Origin: Actinomadura sp. OS1-43
GTDB taxonomy: Bacteria; Actinomycetota; Actinomycetes; Streptosporangiales; Streptosporangiaceae
Assembly (NCBI RefSeq): GCF_030283205.1
Contig: NZ_JASNWF010000016.1
Coordinates: forward strand, 82,018 to 114,017
Direction: 5' to 3'
DNA length: 32,000 nt
Each line of letters opens with the position of its first letter. Position 1 is the first letter of the stretch. This document shows positions 15,645 through 24,465 of the stretch, one piece after another. Made by a program: the position numbers and the translations under genes. Below the pieces are notes generated by a model. It was not told the origin of the DNA, made no database searches, and saw only the letters and a program-made list of their open reading frames with translations.

Positions 15645-16513
15645 GTGCCGCCTCCGGGGGCGCGGCGGCGTTCGGCGCGCACCGCGAGATGGTCGGTGAA
15701 CCGGGCCAGCGGCACGGTCAGCGCGATGAACAGCACCGCCGTGGCCAGGTAGGGCGTGTAGTTGAAGTTGGCGGCCGAGTGGATCTGCGCCTGCCGCAGC
15801 GCCTCCAGCGGTCCGAGCACCGCGACGAGCGCGGTGTCCTTCTGCAGCGAGGCGAAGTCGTTCAGCAGCGGCGGGACGACCCGGCGCACCGCCTGCGGCA
15901 GCACCACGAACCGCAGGCTCTGTGTCTTGCTCAGCCCGAGCGACCGGGCCGCCGCGCGCTGGCTCGGGTGGATCGAGTCGATGCCCGCGCGGAACACCTC
16001 CGCCACGTACGCGCCGTAGGACAGCACGAGCGCGAACCCGCCGAGCACGGCCGGGCTGTCCGGGACGCCCTGCAACCGCAGCGCGGGCAGGCCGAACCCG
16101 ACCAGGTACACCAGCAGGATCGTCGGGATGCCGCGGAACACGTCGGTGTAGGCGACGGCCAGGGCCCGCAGCGGGAAGAACAGCGGATTGCGCAGCCCGC
16201 GCGCGAGCGCGACCAGCATCCCGAGCACCAGGATCACCGGCTCGGCGATCAGGAAGATCCGCACGTTCAGCCAGAAGCCGCGCAGCACGTCCGGGAACGC
16301 GTTCGTGAACTCGCCCCAGTTGAAGAACGTCTCGTGCACGCGCGGCCAGCCCGGCGACGTCACCACCACGGCCAGCACGACCGCGACGCACACCGCGGTC
16401 GACGCGGCGGCGAGCGACCCGCGTCGGACGCCGGCGCGGCGGCGCCGCCGCTCCCGCTCCAGCTGCCGCTCGCTCTTGACCCAGGCGGTCTCGCCGCCCG
16501 CCTGCGCGGTCAT
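15641..16513 (-). CDS. Polar amino-acid ABC transporter permease (His/Glu/Gln/Arg/opine family)
   Basis: 290 aa. Multi-helix protein with the EAA-like region SIHPSQRAAARSLGLSKTQSLRFVVLPQAVRRVVPPLLNDF typical of HisM/GlnP-type permeases. Confidence 0.85.
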   Translation of the reverse strand: MTAQAGGETAWVKSERQLERERRRRRAGVRRGSLAAASTAVCVAVVLAVVVTSPGWPRVHETFFNWGEFTNAFPDVLRGFWLNVRIFLIAEPVILVLGMLVALARGLRNPLFFPLRALAVAYTDVFRGIPTILLVYLVGFGLPALRLQGVPDSPAVLGGFALVLSYGAYVAEVFRAGIDSIHPSQRAAARSLGLSKTQSLRFVVLPQAVRRVVPPLLNDFASLQKDTALVAVLGPLEALRQAQIHSAANFNYTPYLATAVLFIALTVPLARFTDHLAVRAERRRAPGGGT

Positions 16514-16520
16514 CGCCCGG

Positions 16521-17393
16521 TCACTTCAGGACGGGCGCGCCGGCCGAGGAGGTCAGCCATTGCTGCTGGATCCTCGCGAGCTCGCCGGACGACTTCAGCT
16601 GCCCGATCGCCTGGTTCAGGCAGCCGACCAGCGTGCTGCCCTTCTCCATCAGCAGCCCGAAGTGCTCGGTGGAGCCGCCCTCGGTCTGCGGCAGCTGCCC
16701 GACGATCTTCGAGCCGTCGATCTGCGCGGCGGTGACATAGAACGCGGTCGGCAGGTCCACCAGCAGCAGGTCGACCTGCTTGTTCTTCAGCGCGTTCACC
16801 GCGTCGATCTGGGTGTTGAAGATCTTCGGCTGGCCGTCCGGCTTGATCTGGTTCTGCACCGCCTGCAGCGCGGTCGTCCCGACCTGCACGGCGATGCGCG
16901 CCTTCTTCAGCTCCGCGATGCTCGTCGCGTCGGCGAACTTGCCGCTCTTGAGCGCCACGACGCCCTGCTGGACGTCGTAGTAGCCGTCGCTGAACGTCAC
17001 GGCCTTCTCGCGGGCCGGGGTGGCCGAGATCTGGTTGATGTCGAAGTCGAAGTTCTTCGGGCCGGGTGCGTACGACGACTCGAAGGACTGGGTCGTCCAG
17101 CTCACCTGGTCCTTGGTGAAGCCCAGCTTCCCGGCGACGGCGTAGGCGACGGCGCTCTCGAAGCCCTGCCCGTTGGACGGGGCGTCGTTCTTGAACCACG
17201 GCTCGAACGCGGGCTTGTCGGTCGCGACCGTCAGCTTGCCGGGCGACTTCAGCGGCAGCTTGTCCTTGGTGCAGGACGCGGGGCTCTTGCTCGCCGAGGC
17301 GGTGGAGTCGTCGTCCTGCGGAGCGCAGGCGGTGACGGCGAGGGTCAGCGCGGCGACGCCGGTCAGGGCGGCCACGAGGGGACGGCGGGTCAC
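16521..17393 (-). CDS. Amino-acid ABC transporter substrate-binding lipoprotein (SBP family 3)
   Basis: GTG 17393 is preceded by GGAGG. Lipoprotein signal VTRRPLVAALTGVAALTLAVTAC. The body resembles polar amino-acid binding proteins (KLTVATDKPAFEPW, DFDINQISATPAREKAVTFSDGYY). Confidence 0.85.
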   Translation of the reverse strand: MTRRPLVAALTGVAALTLAVTACAPQDDDSTASASKSPASCTKDKLPLKSPGKLTVATDKPAFEPWFKNDAPSNGQGFESAVAYAVAGKLGFTKDQVSWTTQSFESSYAPGPKNFDFDINQISATPAREKAVTFSDGYYDVQQGVVALKSGKFADATSIAELKKARIAVQVGTTALQAVQNQIKPDGQPKIFNTQIDAVNALKNKQVDLLLVDLPTAFYVTAAQIDGSKIVGQLPQTEGGSTEHFGLLMEKGSTLVGCLNQAIGQLKSSGELARIQQQWLTSSAGAPVLK

Positions 17394-17425
17394 GGAGGTG
17401 CCTCCAGCGTTGCGGGGGTTGCGAA

Positions 17426-18286
17426 TCAGGACTGCGGGGCGGTGCGCCCGTTGGTGGAGCGCCCGGTGGCGGCGCGCAGGGTGACGGCTCGCGCGCCGGT
17501 CAGGCCGAGGACGTCGGCGGCGCGTCCCTGGTTGACGCCGAGGCCGAGCCAGCCGGAGGAGTCGATCCACAGCAGCGGTTCGCCTACGGCGACGCTGCCG
17601 AAGGTCCCCTCGAACGGGACGCGGGCGGTGCGGGACGTCCCGTCTGGAACGCTCCATTCGAGATCGAGGGGAGTGCCCGGCTCCAGCGCCCCGAACGCGG
17701 CCGCGAGGTCGTCGCGCTCCGCGCCCAGCACCAGGCTGCCGAACCGGTCGGTGTACAGCACGGGGACGGTCAGCTCCCCCTCGCGGGCGGCCGCGGCCGG
17801 CAGGTCCAGCGGCAGCGGCTCGACCCGCGCGCCGAGGCCGGCGACGTCGACTCCGGTCGCGACGTGCGCGGCGGCGGGGGAGAAGATGTCGCGGCCGTGG
17901 AACGACGTGGACACCTCCGGCAGCCGGTACGCCGGTTTCTCCAGCGCGTGCGCCCGGACGATGCCGCCGAGGGCCTCCGCCGCCGGCACCAGCAGCCCGT
18001 TGTCCGGCCCGACCAGCACGTCTCCGCGCCCGGTCTCGATCGCCACGGGGCGGCGCGGGGTGCCGACGCCCGGGTCCACGATGCCGACGTGCACGCCGAC
18101 CGGCAGGTAGGGCAGCGCCTGCCGCAGCAGCATCGCGCCCTCCACCACGTCGAACGGCGTGATCTCGTCGCTGAGCACCAACACGGTCGCGTCCGGGGCG
18201 ATCGTGTACACGACCCCGGCGCAGATCGAGGTGTAGGCGGCGCCGAAGTCCGTGGCGATGCTGACGAACGGGCGGCTTCCGGACAT
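17426..18286 (-). CDS. SAM hydrolase / SAM-dependent halogenase family protein (DUF62, SAM hydroxide adenosyltransferase type)
   Basis: ATG 18286 gives MSGSRPFVSIATDFG. Motifs TDFG, VDPGVGTPRRPVA, GPDNGLL and TSFHGRDIFSPAAAH match the DUF62 family. It ends 32 nt upstream of the SBP gene on the same strand. Confidence 0.85.
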   Translation of the reverse strand: MSGSRPFVSIATDFGAAYTSICAGVVYTIAPDATVLVLSDEITPFDVVEGAMLLRQALPYLPVGVHVGIVDPGVGTPRRPVAIETGRGDVLVGPDNGLLVPAAEALGGIVRAHALEKPAYRLPEVSTSFHGRDIFSPAAAHVATGVDVAGLGARVEPLPLDLPAAAAREGELTVPVLYTDRFGSLVLGAERDDLAAAFGALEPGTPLDLEWSVPDGTSRTARVPFEGTFGSVAVGEPLLWIDSSGWLGLGVNQGRAADVLGLTGARAVTLRAATGRSTNGRTAPQS

Positions 18287-18375
18287 GGGCGACCTCGGCG
18301 GGACCTGCGGGAATGAAGGAGAGCAGAAGCCTACCAAGCCGATCTGGTGCCCGAACCTGCGCTTATCCTCCGGGG

Positions 18376-19284
18376 ATGCGCGCCGATTCGCTCGATCCGC
18401 TCCTGCTGCGGACCTTCGTCGCCGTCGCCGACCTCGGCTCGTTCACGGCCGCCGCGGCGGCGGGCGGCTACACCCAGTCGGCGGTGTCCCGGCAGATCGC
18501 GGCGCTGGAGGACGCCTGCGGCGTCGAGCTGTTCGCGCGCGGCGCCCGCGGCGTGCGGCCCACCCCCGCCGGCGAGCACCTGCTCCCGCACGCCCGCGCC
18601 CTGCTGGACCGGCTCGCCGACACGGCCCGCGCGATGGAGGGGCTGCGCCGCCTCGACACCGGGACGCTGCGGCTCGGCGCGTTCCCCACCGCGAACGCGG
18701 CGCTGGTGCCGCGCGCCCTCGCCCGGTTCCGCGAAGCGCACCCCGGCGTGCGCATCGCGCTGCGCGAGGGCACCACCGACCGGCTGCTTACGCTGCTGGA
18801 CGCCGGCGACCTCGACGTCGCGGTCGTCAGCACCCACATCGTCCCTGCGCTGCCCGCCGGCGACCTGGTCGCGCTGCTGGACGACGCGCTGCTCGTCGCC
18901 CTGCCCTCGGGACACCCGCTCGCGGCGCTGCGCCGCGTCCCGCTGGGCGAGCTGGCGGGCGAGGCGTGGATCGTCGCCGACACGCCCGACGCCGTCGCCG
19001 CGCTGCGCGCCCGCTGCGAGGCCGCCGGGTTCGAGCCGCGCACGCCGCTGCGGGTCGCCGAGTGGATCTCCAAGCTGGGCCTGGTCGCCGCGGGCTTCGG
19101 CGTCACCCTCGTGCCCGCGCTCGCGGCGGCGGCGATGGCGCGCGAGGACGTCGCGATGCGCCCGCTGGACCCCGGCCCGCCGGGCCGGACCGTGCACGCC
19201 GCCGTCGGGCGGCACGCGCGCAGGTCCCCGGCGGTCACCGCGTTCCTGGCCGACCTGCGCGCCGCCGCCGCCGAGCTGGGTTAG
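18376..19284 (+). CDS. LysR-family transcriptional regulator
   Basis: ATG 18376 gives MRADSLDPLLLRTFVAVADLGSFTAAAAAGGYTQSAVSRQIAALEDACGVELFAR (LysR HTH) plus a C-terminal substrate-binding domain. It is divergent from the DUF62 gene across an 89-bp spacer. Confidence 0.9.
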   Translation: MRADSLDPLLLRTFVAVADLGSFTAAAAAGGYTQSAVSRQIAALEDACGVELFARGARGVRPTPAGEHLLPHARALLDRLADTARAMEGLRRLDTGTLRLGAFPTANAALVPRALARFREAHPGVRIALREGTTDRLLTLLDAGDLDVAVVSTHIVPALPAGDLVALLDDALLVALPSGHPLAALRRVPLGELAGEAWIVADTPDAVAALRARCEAAGFEPRTPLRVAEWISKLGLVAAGFGVTLVPALAAAAMAREDVAMRPLDPGPPGRTVHAAVGRHARRSPAVTAFLADLRAAAAELG

Positions 19285-20519
19285 GGGACCGCGGCGACCA
19301 CCTCGACCTCCAGCAGGGCGTCGGGGTGGAACAGCCGGGAGACCTCGACGGTCGTGCTGGTGGGCGCCGCGCCGGAGAAGTACCGCCGCCGGACGGCCCC
19401 GTACTCGGCGACCCGGTCCAGGTCGGTGACGAACGTCCGGACGTTGACGACGTCGGCGAACCCGGCGCCGTGCGCCGCAAGGATCCGCTCCAGCAGCCCG
19501 AAGATCACCTCGGACTGCCGGCCCATGTCGCCGGGAGCGTCGATCTTCCCGTCCTCGCCGAACGCGACCTGCCCCGACACGTACAGCATCGGCCCGGCCG
19601 TCACGTGCGCGGCGTGCGAGTAGAAGGGGTTCGGCGGCGGCGGGACGGTGGCGGGGTTGCCGAGCGCGACGCGCATGGGGGAGTCCTTTCGGGCGTGGTC
19701 CGCGAGTGCGATGAGGTCGTGGGGGCCGAGGCCGTCCGCCAGCGCGGCGGACGCGCGGGCGCGGGCGGCGGAGAGGACGCCCGACGCGGGCGCGCCCGGG
19801 GCGTCCAGCGCGAGGCCGAGGTCCTTGGCGGCGAGTGCGAGGGTGAAGCGCGGCGGCGCGCCGGGCGCCGCGTCGCGCAGCCTCCTCGCCTGCGCGCTGG
19901 TGCGGGCGAGCACGTCGAGCGCGAGGCCGCGGTCGACGCCGAGGCGGCCGGCGAGCGCGAGCGCCTCGCCGAGCACCGCGAAGTTCGCGACCAGCACGCC
20001 GTTCGCGACGAGCTTCAACGCGGCACCGGACCCGGGCGGCCCCACGTGCCGGACCCGTCCGAGCGCCTCCAGCGCGCCACCGGCGCGGGCGATGTCGTCG
20101 GCGGTGCCGCCCGCCAGCACCTCCAGCTCGCCCGCCTCCGCCTGCGGGACGCTCCCGACGACGGGCGCGTCGAGGTAGCCGACACCGTCCGGCAACCGGT
20201 CGCGGACGCGGCGCGCCGCGTCCGGGCCGATCGTCGAGGTGTCGGCGATCACGGCGCCGGGTGCCAGCGCGTCGGCGGCCCCGCCGGGACCGAACAGCAC
20301 GTCCTCGACGGCGTTCCCGTCGGTGAGCATCGTGATGACGAGGTCCCGGCCGGCGGCGGCCTGCGCGGGCGACGCCGCGAGCGTCGCACCGGCCTCCACC
20401 GCCGGTGCGGCTTTGGCGGCGGTCCGGTTCCAGACCGCCACGTCGTGACCGGCCGCGATCAGCCGTCCGGCCATCAGGACGCCCATACGTCCCAGTCCGA
20501 GAAAAGCGATTCGTGTCAT
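19281..20519 (-). CDS. NAD(P)-dependent beta-hydroxyacid (HIBADH/6PGDH-type) dehydrogenase fused in frame to a RidA/YjgF domain
   Basis: ATG 20519 gives MTRIAFLGLGRMGVLMAGRLIAAGHDVAVWNRT (Rossmann fold), with a ~281-aa dehydrogenase body. With no stop codon it continues into MRVALGNP...LYVSGQVAF...VNVRTFVTD...PTSTTVEVSRL...LLEVEVVA, a full ~131-aa RidA domain. Confidence 0.8.
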   Translation of the reverse strand: MTRIAFLGLGRMGVLMAGRLIAAGHDVAVWNRTAAKAAPAVEAGATLAASPAQAAAGRDLVITMLTDGNAVEDVLFGPGGAADALAPGAVIADTSTIGPDAARRVRDRLPDGVGYLDAPVVGSVPQAEAGELEVLAGGTADDIARAGGALEALGRVRHVGPPGSGAALKLVANGVLVANFAVLGEALALAGRLGVDRGLALDVLARTSAQARRLRDAAPGAPPRFTLALAAKDLGLALDAPGAPASGVLSAARARASAALADGLGPHDLIALADHARKDSPMRVALGNPATVPPPPNPFYSHAAHVTAGPMLYVSGQVAFGEDGKIDAPGDMGRQSEVIFGLLERILAAHGAGFADVVNVRTFVTDLDRVAEYGAVRRRYFSGAAPTSTTVEVSRLFHPDALLEVEVVAAVP

Positions 20520-20610
20520 GGTGCGACCGACGCTAGGGGCCGCCGGGCCATGCCACCAGCGCAGCTTTCGCACAGTAGGCATGCGGCTGCCGCATGGCTC
20601 GGAACCCGTC

Positions 20611-21234
20611 TCAGCCGAAGCGGCGCGCGGAGGCGTTCTCCTGGGCCAGCCGGTGCAGGGCCGTCAGGACCTGCTCGTACAGGACGGTGGACACCAGCAG
20701 CGTGTGGACCGTCCGGGCGCGCGGCGCGCCGTCGGCGACGCGGCCGATCTCGTGCTCGGCGACCTCGGCGGCGGCCTTCACGTAGGGGCGCAGGTCGGTG
20801 AGCGTGATCGGGAAGCCGAGCCGGCGCAGCGCGACGAAGGTGTGCGCGAGCAGGTCGCGGGCGGGGGAGCGCTCGCCGACCGTCCAGCCGAGCTCGCGGA
20901 CGAGCGCGTCGACGTCCTGGCGGGCGGCGCGCCAGTGCGGGTCGTGCGGCGCGGCGACGTGCGGGCCGATGGCGTACTGGGCGGTGCCGAACAGCTCGTG
21001 CAGGCTGACCCGCTCGTCCTCGATCGCCTCGACGATCCGCTGGATCGCCGCGACCGGCAGGTCGCCGACCTCGCGCAGCGCGCTGATCAGCCGGAGCCGC
21101 TCGAGGTGGCGGTGGTCGTACTCCGCGCGGGTCGCGCTCACCACCGAGCCCTTCGGGAGGAGGCCCTCCCGGATGTAGAACTTGATCGTCTGGACCGTCA
21201 GGCCGCTGCGATCGCTGAGCTCGGAGATCTGCAC
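20611..21234 (-). CDS. MerR-family transcriptional regulator
   Basis: GTG 21234 lies 6 nt after AAGGAGG. The N-terminal HTH is VQISELSDRSGLTVQTIKFYIREGLLP. 207 aa. The listed 254-aa ORF start is an upstream extension. Confidence 0.85.
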   Translation of the reverse strand: MQISELSDRSGLTVQTIKFYIREGLLPKGSVVSATRAEYDHRHLERLRLISALREVGDLPVAAIQRIVEAIEDERVSLHELFGTAQYAIGPHVAAPHDPHWRAARQDVDALVRELGWTVGERSPARDLLAHTFVALRRLGFPITLTDLRPYVKAAAEVAEHEIGRVADGAPRARTVHTLLVSTVLYEQVLTALHRLAQENASARRFG

Positions 21235-21382
21235 CGCGCACCTCCTTGTCCGGAGGTCAACGCTATCCAGGGCGCGCGGGCGGATACGGGCACTCGTCAA
21301 AGGTGGTCCGACTTGCGGTGCTTTGTCGTACCTGGTCCGGGCCGTGCCGGGCCCCTGCCCCGGCACGGCCCGCACCCCGGCG

Positions 21383-23716
21383 TCAGGCGGTCAGCCGGAG
21401 GTCGGCGACGGAGCGCCCGGCGCGCAGCGCGCACCCGCCGGGCAGCCGCTCGTCCAGCGCGACCCGGACGGTCGCCCGCTCGCCCGCCCCGGCCTCCGCG
21501 ACCGCGAACCCGGCGAGCCGCAGCGGCAGGGCGTCCGACGAGGCGTAGCACTGGACGACCTCGCGCCCCGGCCGCTCACCGGTGTTGCGGACGGTCACCT
21601 CCGCCACCCCGTCCGACACCGTCAGCGACTCGTACTCCCAGGTCGTGTAGCCCAGGCCGTGTCCGAACGGGTACGCGACCCGGTCGGGTGCGTAGTGCCG
21701 GTAGCCGATCGCGGTGCCCTCGGCGTACGGCAGCGACCCGTCCTCGGCGGGGACCGGCGACAGGATGCCGTCCTCGGTCGCCGGGAACGTGGTGGGCAGC
21801 CGCCCGCCCGGCTCGGCGGCGCCGGTGAGCACGTCCGCGATGGCGTCGCCACCCTCCTGGCCGGGCAGCCACGCCCACAGCACCGCGGCGACCTCGTCCC
21901 GCCACGGCATCAGCACGGGCGCGCCCGCGTTCACCACCACGACGGTGCGCGGGTTGGTCGCGGCGACGGCGGAGACCAGCTCGTCCTGGCGGCCGGGCAG
22001 CGCGAGCGTCGTCCGGTCGAAGCCCTCGCTCTCCACGTCGTCGTTCGTGCCGACGACCACGACGGCCACGTCGGCGGCGCGGGCGGCCTCGACCGCCGCC
22101 GCCAGCTCCTCGTCCTCGGGCAGGTGCGGCTCGTGGTAGCCGATTCCGAACGCGGTCAGGAACGACCCGGGCCGGTAGGCGCGCCGCAGCTCCACCGGGA
22201 CGGGTCGCCCGGCCGCGAGCCGCACCTCGACGCGGTGCTCCGGCGGGCGCATCATCGCCTCGACCGGGTCGCCACCGTCCAGCGACAGGTTCAGCGTCGC
22301 CGTCGTGTCCGCGATGCGCACGTCGTACTCGCCGACGCCGGCGACCGCGAAGGTGTGCACGCCGTCCGCGGCGGGCGTCACCTCGGCGCGCACGACGATC
22401 TGCGCCGTGGCGTCCGGAACGCCCTCGAAGAACATGAAGCGCGCGGCCCTGCGGTGCTCGGAGTCGAGGATCGCGCCGTCGGCGTCGATGAACTCCAGGC
22501 GCACCCCCGGCTCGCCCGTCTCCGGGTCGGCGGCCATGTCCAGCGGCAGCGCCGCCAGCCGCTCGTGCGGGTACACGCCCGCGCGCACGACCAGCTCGGT
22601 GTCGGCGCCGAGCGCCCGCCGCAGCCCCTCGACCGGCGAGACGACGTGCTCGGGGTTCACGTGCGCGCTGCCGCCGCCCTGCGCGCTGAACCGCACGGCG
22701 TTCGGGCCGATCAGCGCCAGCTTGCGGGGCACGTTCAGCGGGAGCACGCCGCCCTCGTTGCGCAGCAGCACGCACGCGCGCGCCGCCAGGGCGCGCAGCC
22801 GTGCGGGTGCGTCGGCGGGCGTCGTCACGGGCGCCGGCTCGGGGAAGCCCTCGAGTGCGCCGACCCGCGCGGCCAGCCGCAGGATCCGCAGCACCTTGTC
22901 GTCGATCAGGTCCTCGGCGACCTCGCCGTCGCGGACGGCGGTGACGAGCTTGTCCCGCCACGCGTTGCCGGGCATGCCCGGCATCTCCAGGTCCATTCCG
23001 GCGTTGGCGCTGGCCGCGGTCGAGCGGATCGCCGTCCAGTCCGACATCAGCACGCCGTCGAAACCCCAGCGCTCCTTCAGCACACCGGTCAGCAGCGCGT
23101 GGTTCTCCGTCATCGTCGTGCCGTTGACCTTGTTGTAGGCGGCCATCACGGCCCACGCGCCGGCCTTCACCGCGTCCTCGAACGGGCGCATGTACAGCGC
23201 GTCCAGCGCCTCGTCGCCGATGCGGGCGTCGTAGGACATCCGGGCGGTCTCGGAGTCGTTGCCGACGAAGTGCTTCACCGTCGCCGCCACCCCGGCCGAC
23301 TGAACGCCCCGGACGAACCCGACGCCGATCCGGGCGGTGAGCAGCGGGTCCTCGGAGTAGTTCTCGAAATGCCGTCCGCCGAGCGGGGTCCGGTGCAGGT
23401 TGATCGTCGGCGCGAGCTGGACGTGCACGCCCTTGTCCCTGGCCTGCGCGCCGTTCAGCCGTCCCGCCTGCTCGGCGAGGTCCGGGTCCCACGTCGCGGC
23501 CAGCGCCGTCGGGCTCGGGAACAGCAGGCTCGTGCTCCGCTCGTCCCACGCGGTGCCGCGGACGCCGCTCGGGCCGTCCGACAGCACCACCTTCCGCAGC
23601 CCGATCCGGGGGATCGGGCGCAGCGACCAGAAGTCGGCCCCGGTCAGCAGATGGACCTTCTCCTCGAGCGTCAGTTCCGCGAGCCGCTTGCGCAGGCCGG
23701 ACTCGTCGACGGTCAT
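21383..23716 (-). CDS. Glycoside hydrolase family 3 beta-glucosidase
   Basis: ATG 23716 is preceded by GGAGGAGG; 777 aa. Motifs: LTLEEKVHLLTGADFW, VLSDGPSGVRG, GFDGVLMSDW (nucleophile Asp context), and a C-terminal Fn3-like region. Confidence 0.9.
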   Translation of the reverse strand: MTVDESGLRKRLAELTLEEKVHLLTGADFWSLRPIPRIGLRKVVLSDGPSGVRGTAWDERSTSLLFPSPTALAATWDPDLAEQAGRLNGAQARDKGVHVQLAPTINLHRTPLGGRHFENYSEDPLLTARIGVGFVRGVQSAGVAATVKHFVGNDSETARMSYDARIGDEALDALYMRPFEDAVKAGAWAVMAAYNKVNGTTMTENHALLTGVLKERWGFDGVLMSDWTAIRSTAASANAGMDLEMPGMPGNAWRDKLVTAVRDGEVAEDLIDDKVLRILRLAARVGALEGFPEPAPVTTPADAPARLRALAARACVLLRNEGGVLPLNVPRKLALIGPNAVRFSAQGGGSAHVNPEHVVSPVEGLRRALGADTELVVRAGVYPHERLAALPLDMAADPETGEPGVRLEFIDADGAILDSEHRRAARFMFFEGVPDATAQIVVRAEVTPAADGVHTFAVAGVGEYDVRIADTTATLNLSLDGGDPVEAMMRPPEHRVEVRLAAGRPVPVELRRAYRPGSFLTAFGIGYHEPHLPEDEELAAAVEAARAADVAVVVVGTNDDVESEGFDRTTLALPGRQDELVSAVAATNPRTVVVVNAGAPVLMPWRDEVAAVLWAWLPGQEGGDAIADVLTGAAEPGGRLPTTFPATEDGILSPVPAEDGSLPYAEGTAIGYRHYAPDRVAYPFGHGLGYTTWEYESLTVSDGVAEVTVRNTGERPGREVVQCYASSDALPLRLAGFAVAEAGAGERATVRVALDERLPGGCALRAGRSVADLRLTA

Positions 23717-23764
23717 CGAACCTCCTCCTGGACGTTTCCGAACGAACCTCACCATATTTCGCGA

Positions 23765-23780
23765 TACCGAGTACTCGGTA
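23765..23780. promoter_or_regulatory. Perfect 16-bp palindrome TACCGAGTACTCGGTA, probable TetR operator
   Basis: It lies in the 112-bp divergent spacer between the GH3 gene (start 23716) and the TetR gene (start 23829). The sequence equals its own reverse complement. Confidence 0.6.
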
Positions 23781-23828
23781 GGTTTGTTACCTGTACGTTA
23801 TGGAGGTATCTGCGTAGAGTGAGGTGAC

Positions 23829-24449
23829 GTGACGACCAGCACGGACCGGCGGCGCGGCTACGCCGCCGGCGACGCCAGACGCGAGCGCATCCTGCACATC
23901 GCGACGCAGGAGTTCGCCGAGCACGGCTACCGCGGCACCTCGCTGGCGCGCGTCGCCGAACGCGCCGGGCTGTCCCAGCCGGGCCTGCTGCACCACTTCC
24001 GCACCAAGGAGCAGCTGCTCGTCGCGGTCCTCGAACTGCGCGACCGGCGCGACATGGAACGCTTCTTCGCCGGCGACGAGGCGGCCGGCGGCCTGGACGT
24101 GCTCGCCGCGCTGGTCCGGGTCGTGGAGCACAACAGCCGCACGCCCGAGCTCGTCCGGCTGTTCGTGGTGCTGACGAGCGAGGCCGTCACCGCGGACCAT
24201 CCCGCCCGCGCGTGGGCCCGCGCCCGCTACGTCCGGCTGCGCGGCTGGGTCGCCGACGCGCTGCGCCGCGCCGCCGACGCCGGGGACCTGCGCGCCGACC
24301 TCGACGCCGACGCCACCGCCGCCCGCCTCATCGCGATCATGGACGGCCTGCAGACCCAGTGGCTGCTCGACCAGGACGGCATAGACATGCCCGCCCTCTT
24401 TCAAGCCCACGTAGACGACCTGATGCAAACCCTCCGCCCCAGGGCCTGA
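23829..24449 (+). CDS. TetR-family transcriptional regulator
   Basis: 206 aa. N-terminal HTH RRERILHIATQEFAEHGYRGTSLARVAERAGLSQPGLLHHFRTKEQLL. Confidence 0.9.
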   Translation: MTTSTDRRRGYAAGDARRERILHIATQEFAEHGYRGTSLARVAERAGLSQPGLLHHFRTKEQLLVAVLELRDRRDMERFFAGDEAAGGLDVLAALVRVVEHNSRTPELVRLFVVLTSEAVTADHPARAWARARYVRLRGWVADALRRAADAGDLRADLDADATAARLIAIMDGLQTQWLLDQDGIDMPALFQAHVDDLMQTLRPRA

Positions 24450-24465
24450 ACCTCGACCACCGGTC

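Noticed and set aside
17426-18286. The DUF62-family protein as a fluorinase or chlorinase, that is, a marker of a halometabolite pathway.
   Set aside because: It carries the VDPGVGTPRR and TSFHGRDIF motifs that I associate with the hydroxide-adenosyltransferase (SAM hydrolase) branch, not the fluorinase-type sequences. No biosynthetic genes are adjacent.
20576-20600. Small hairpin CATGCGG-CTG-CCGCATG between the MerR gene and the dehydrogenase-RidA gene, considered as a terminator or attenuator.
   Set aside because: The stem is only 7 bp, with a 3-nt loop and no U-tract. This is too weak to call from sequence alone.
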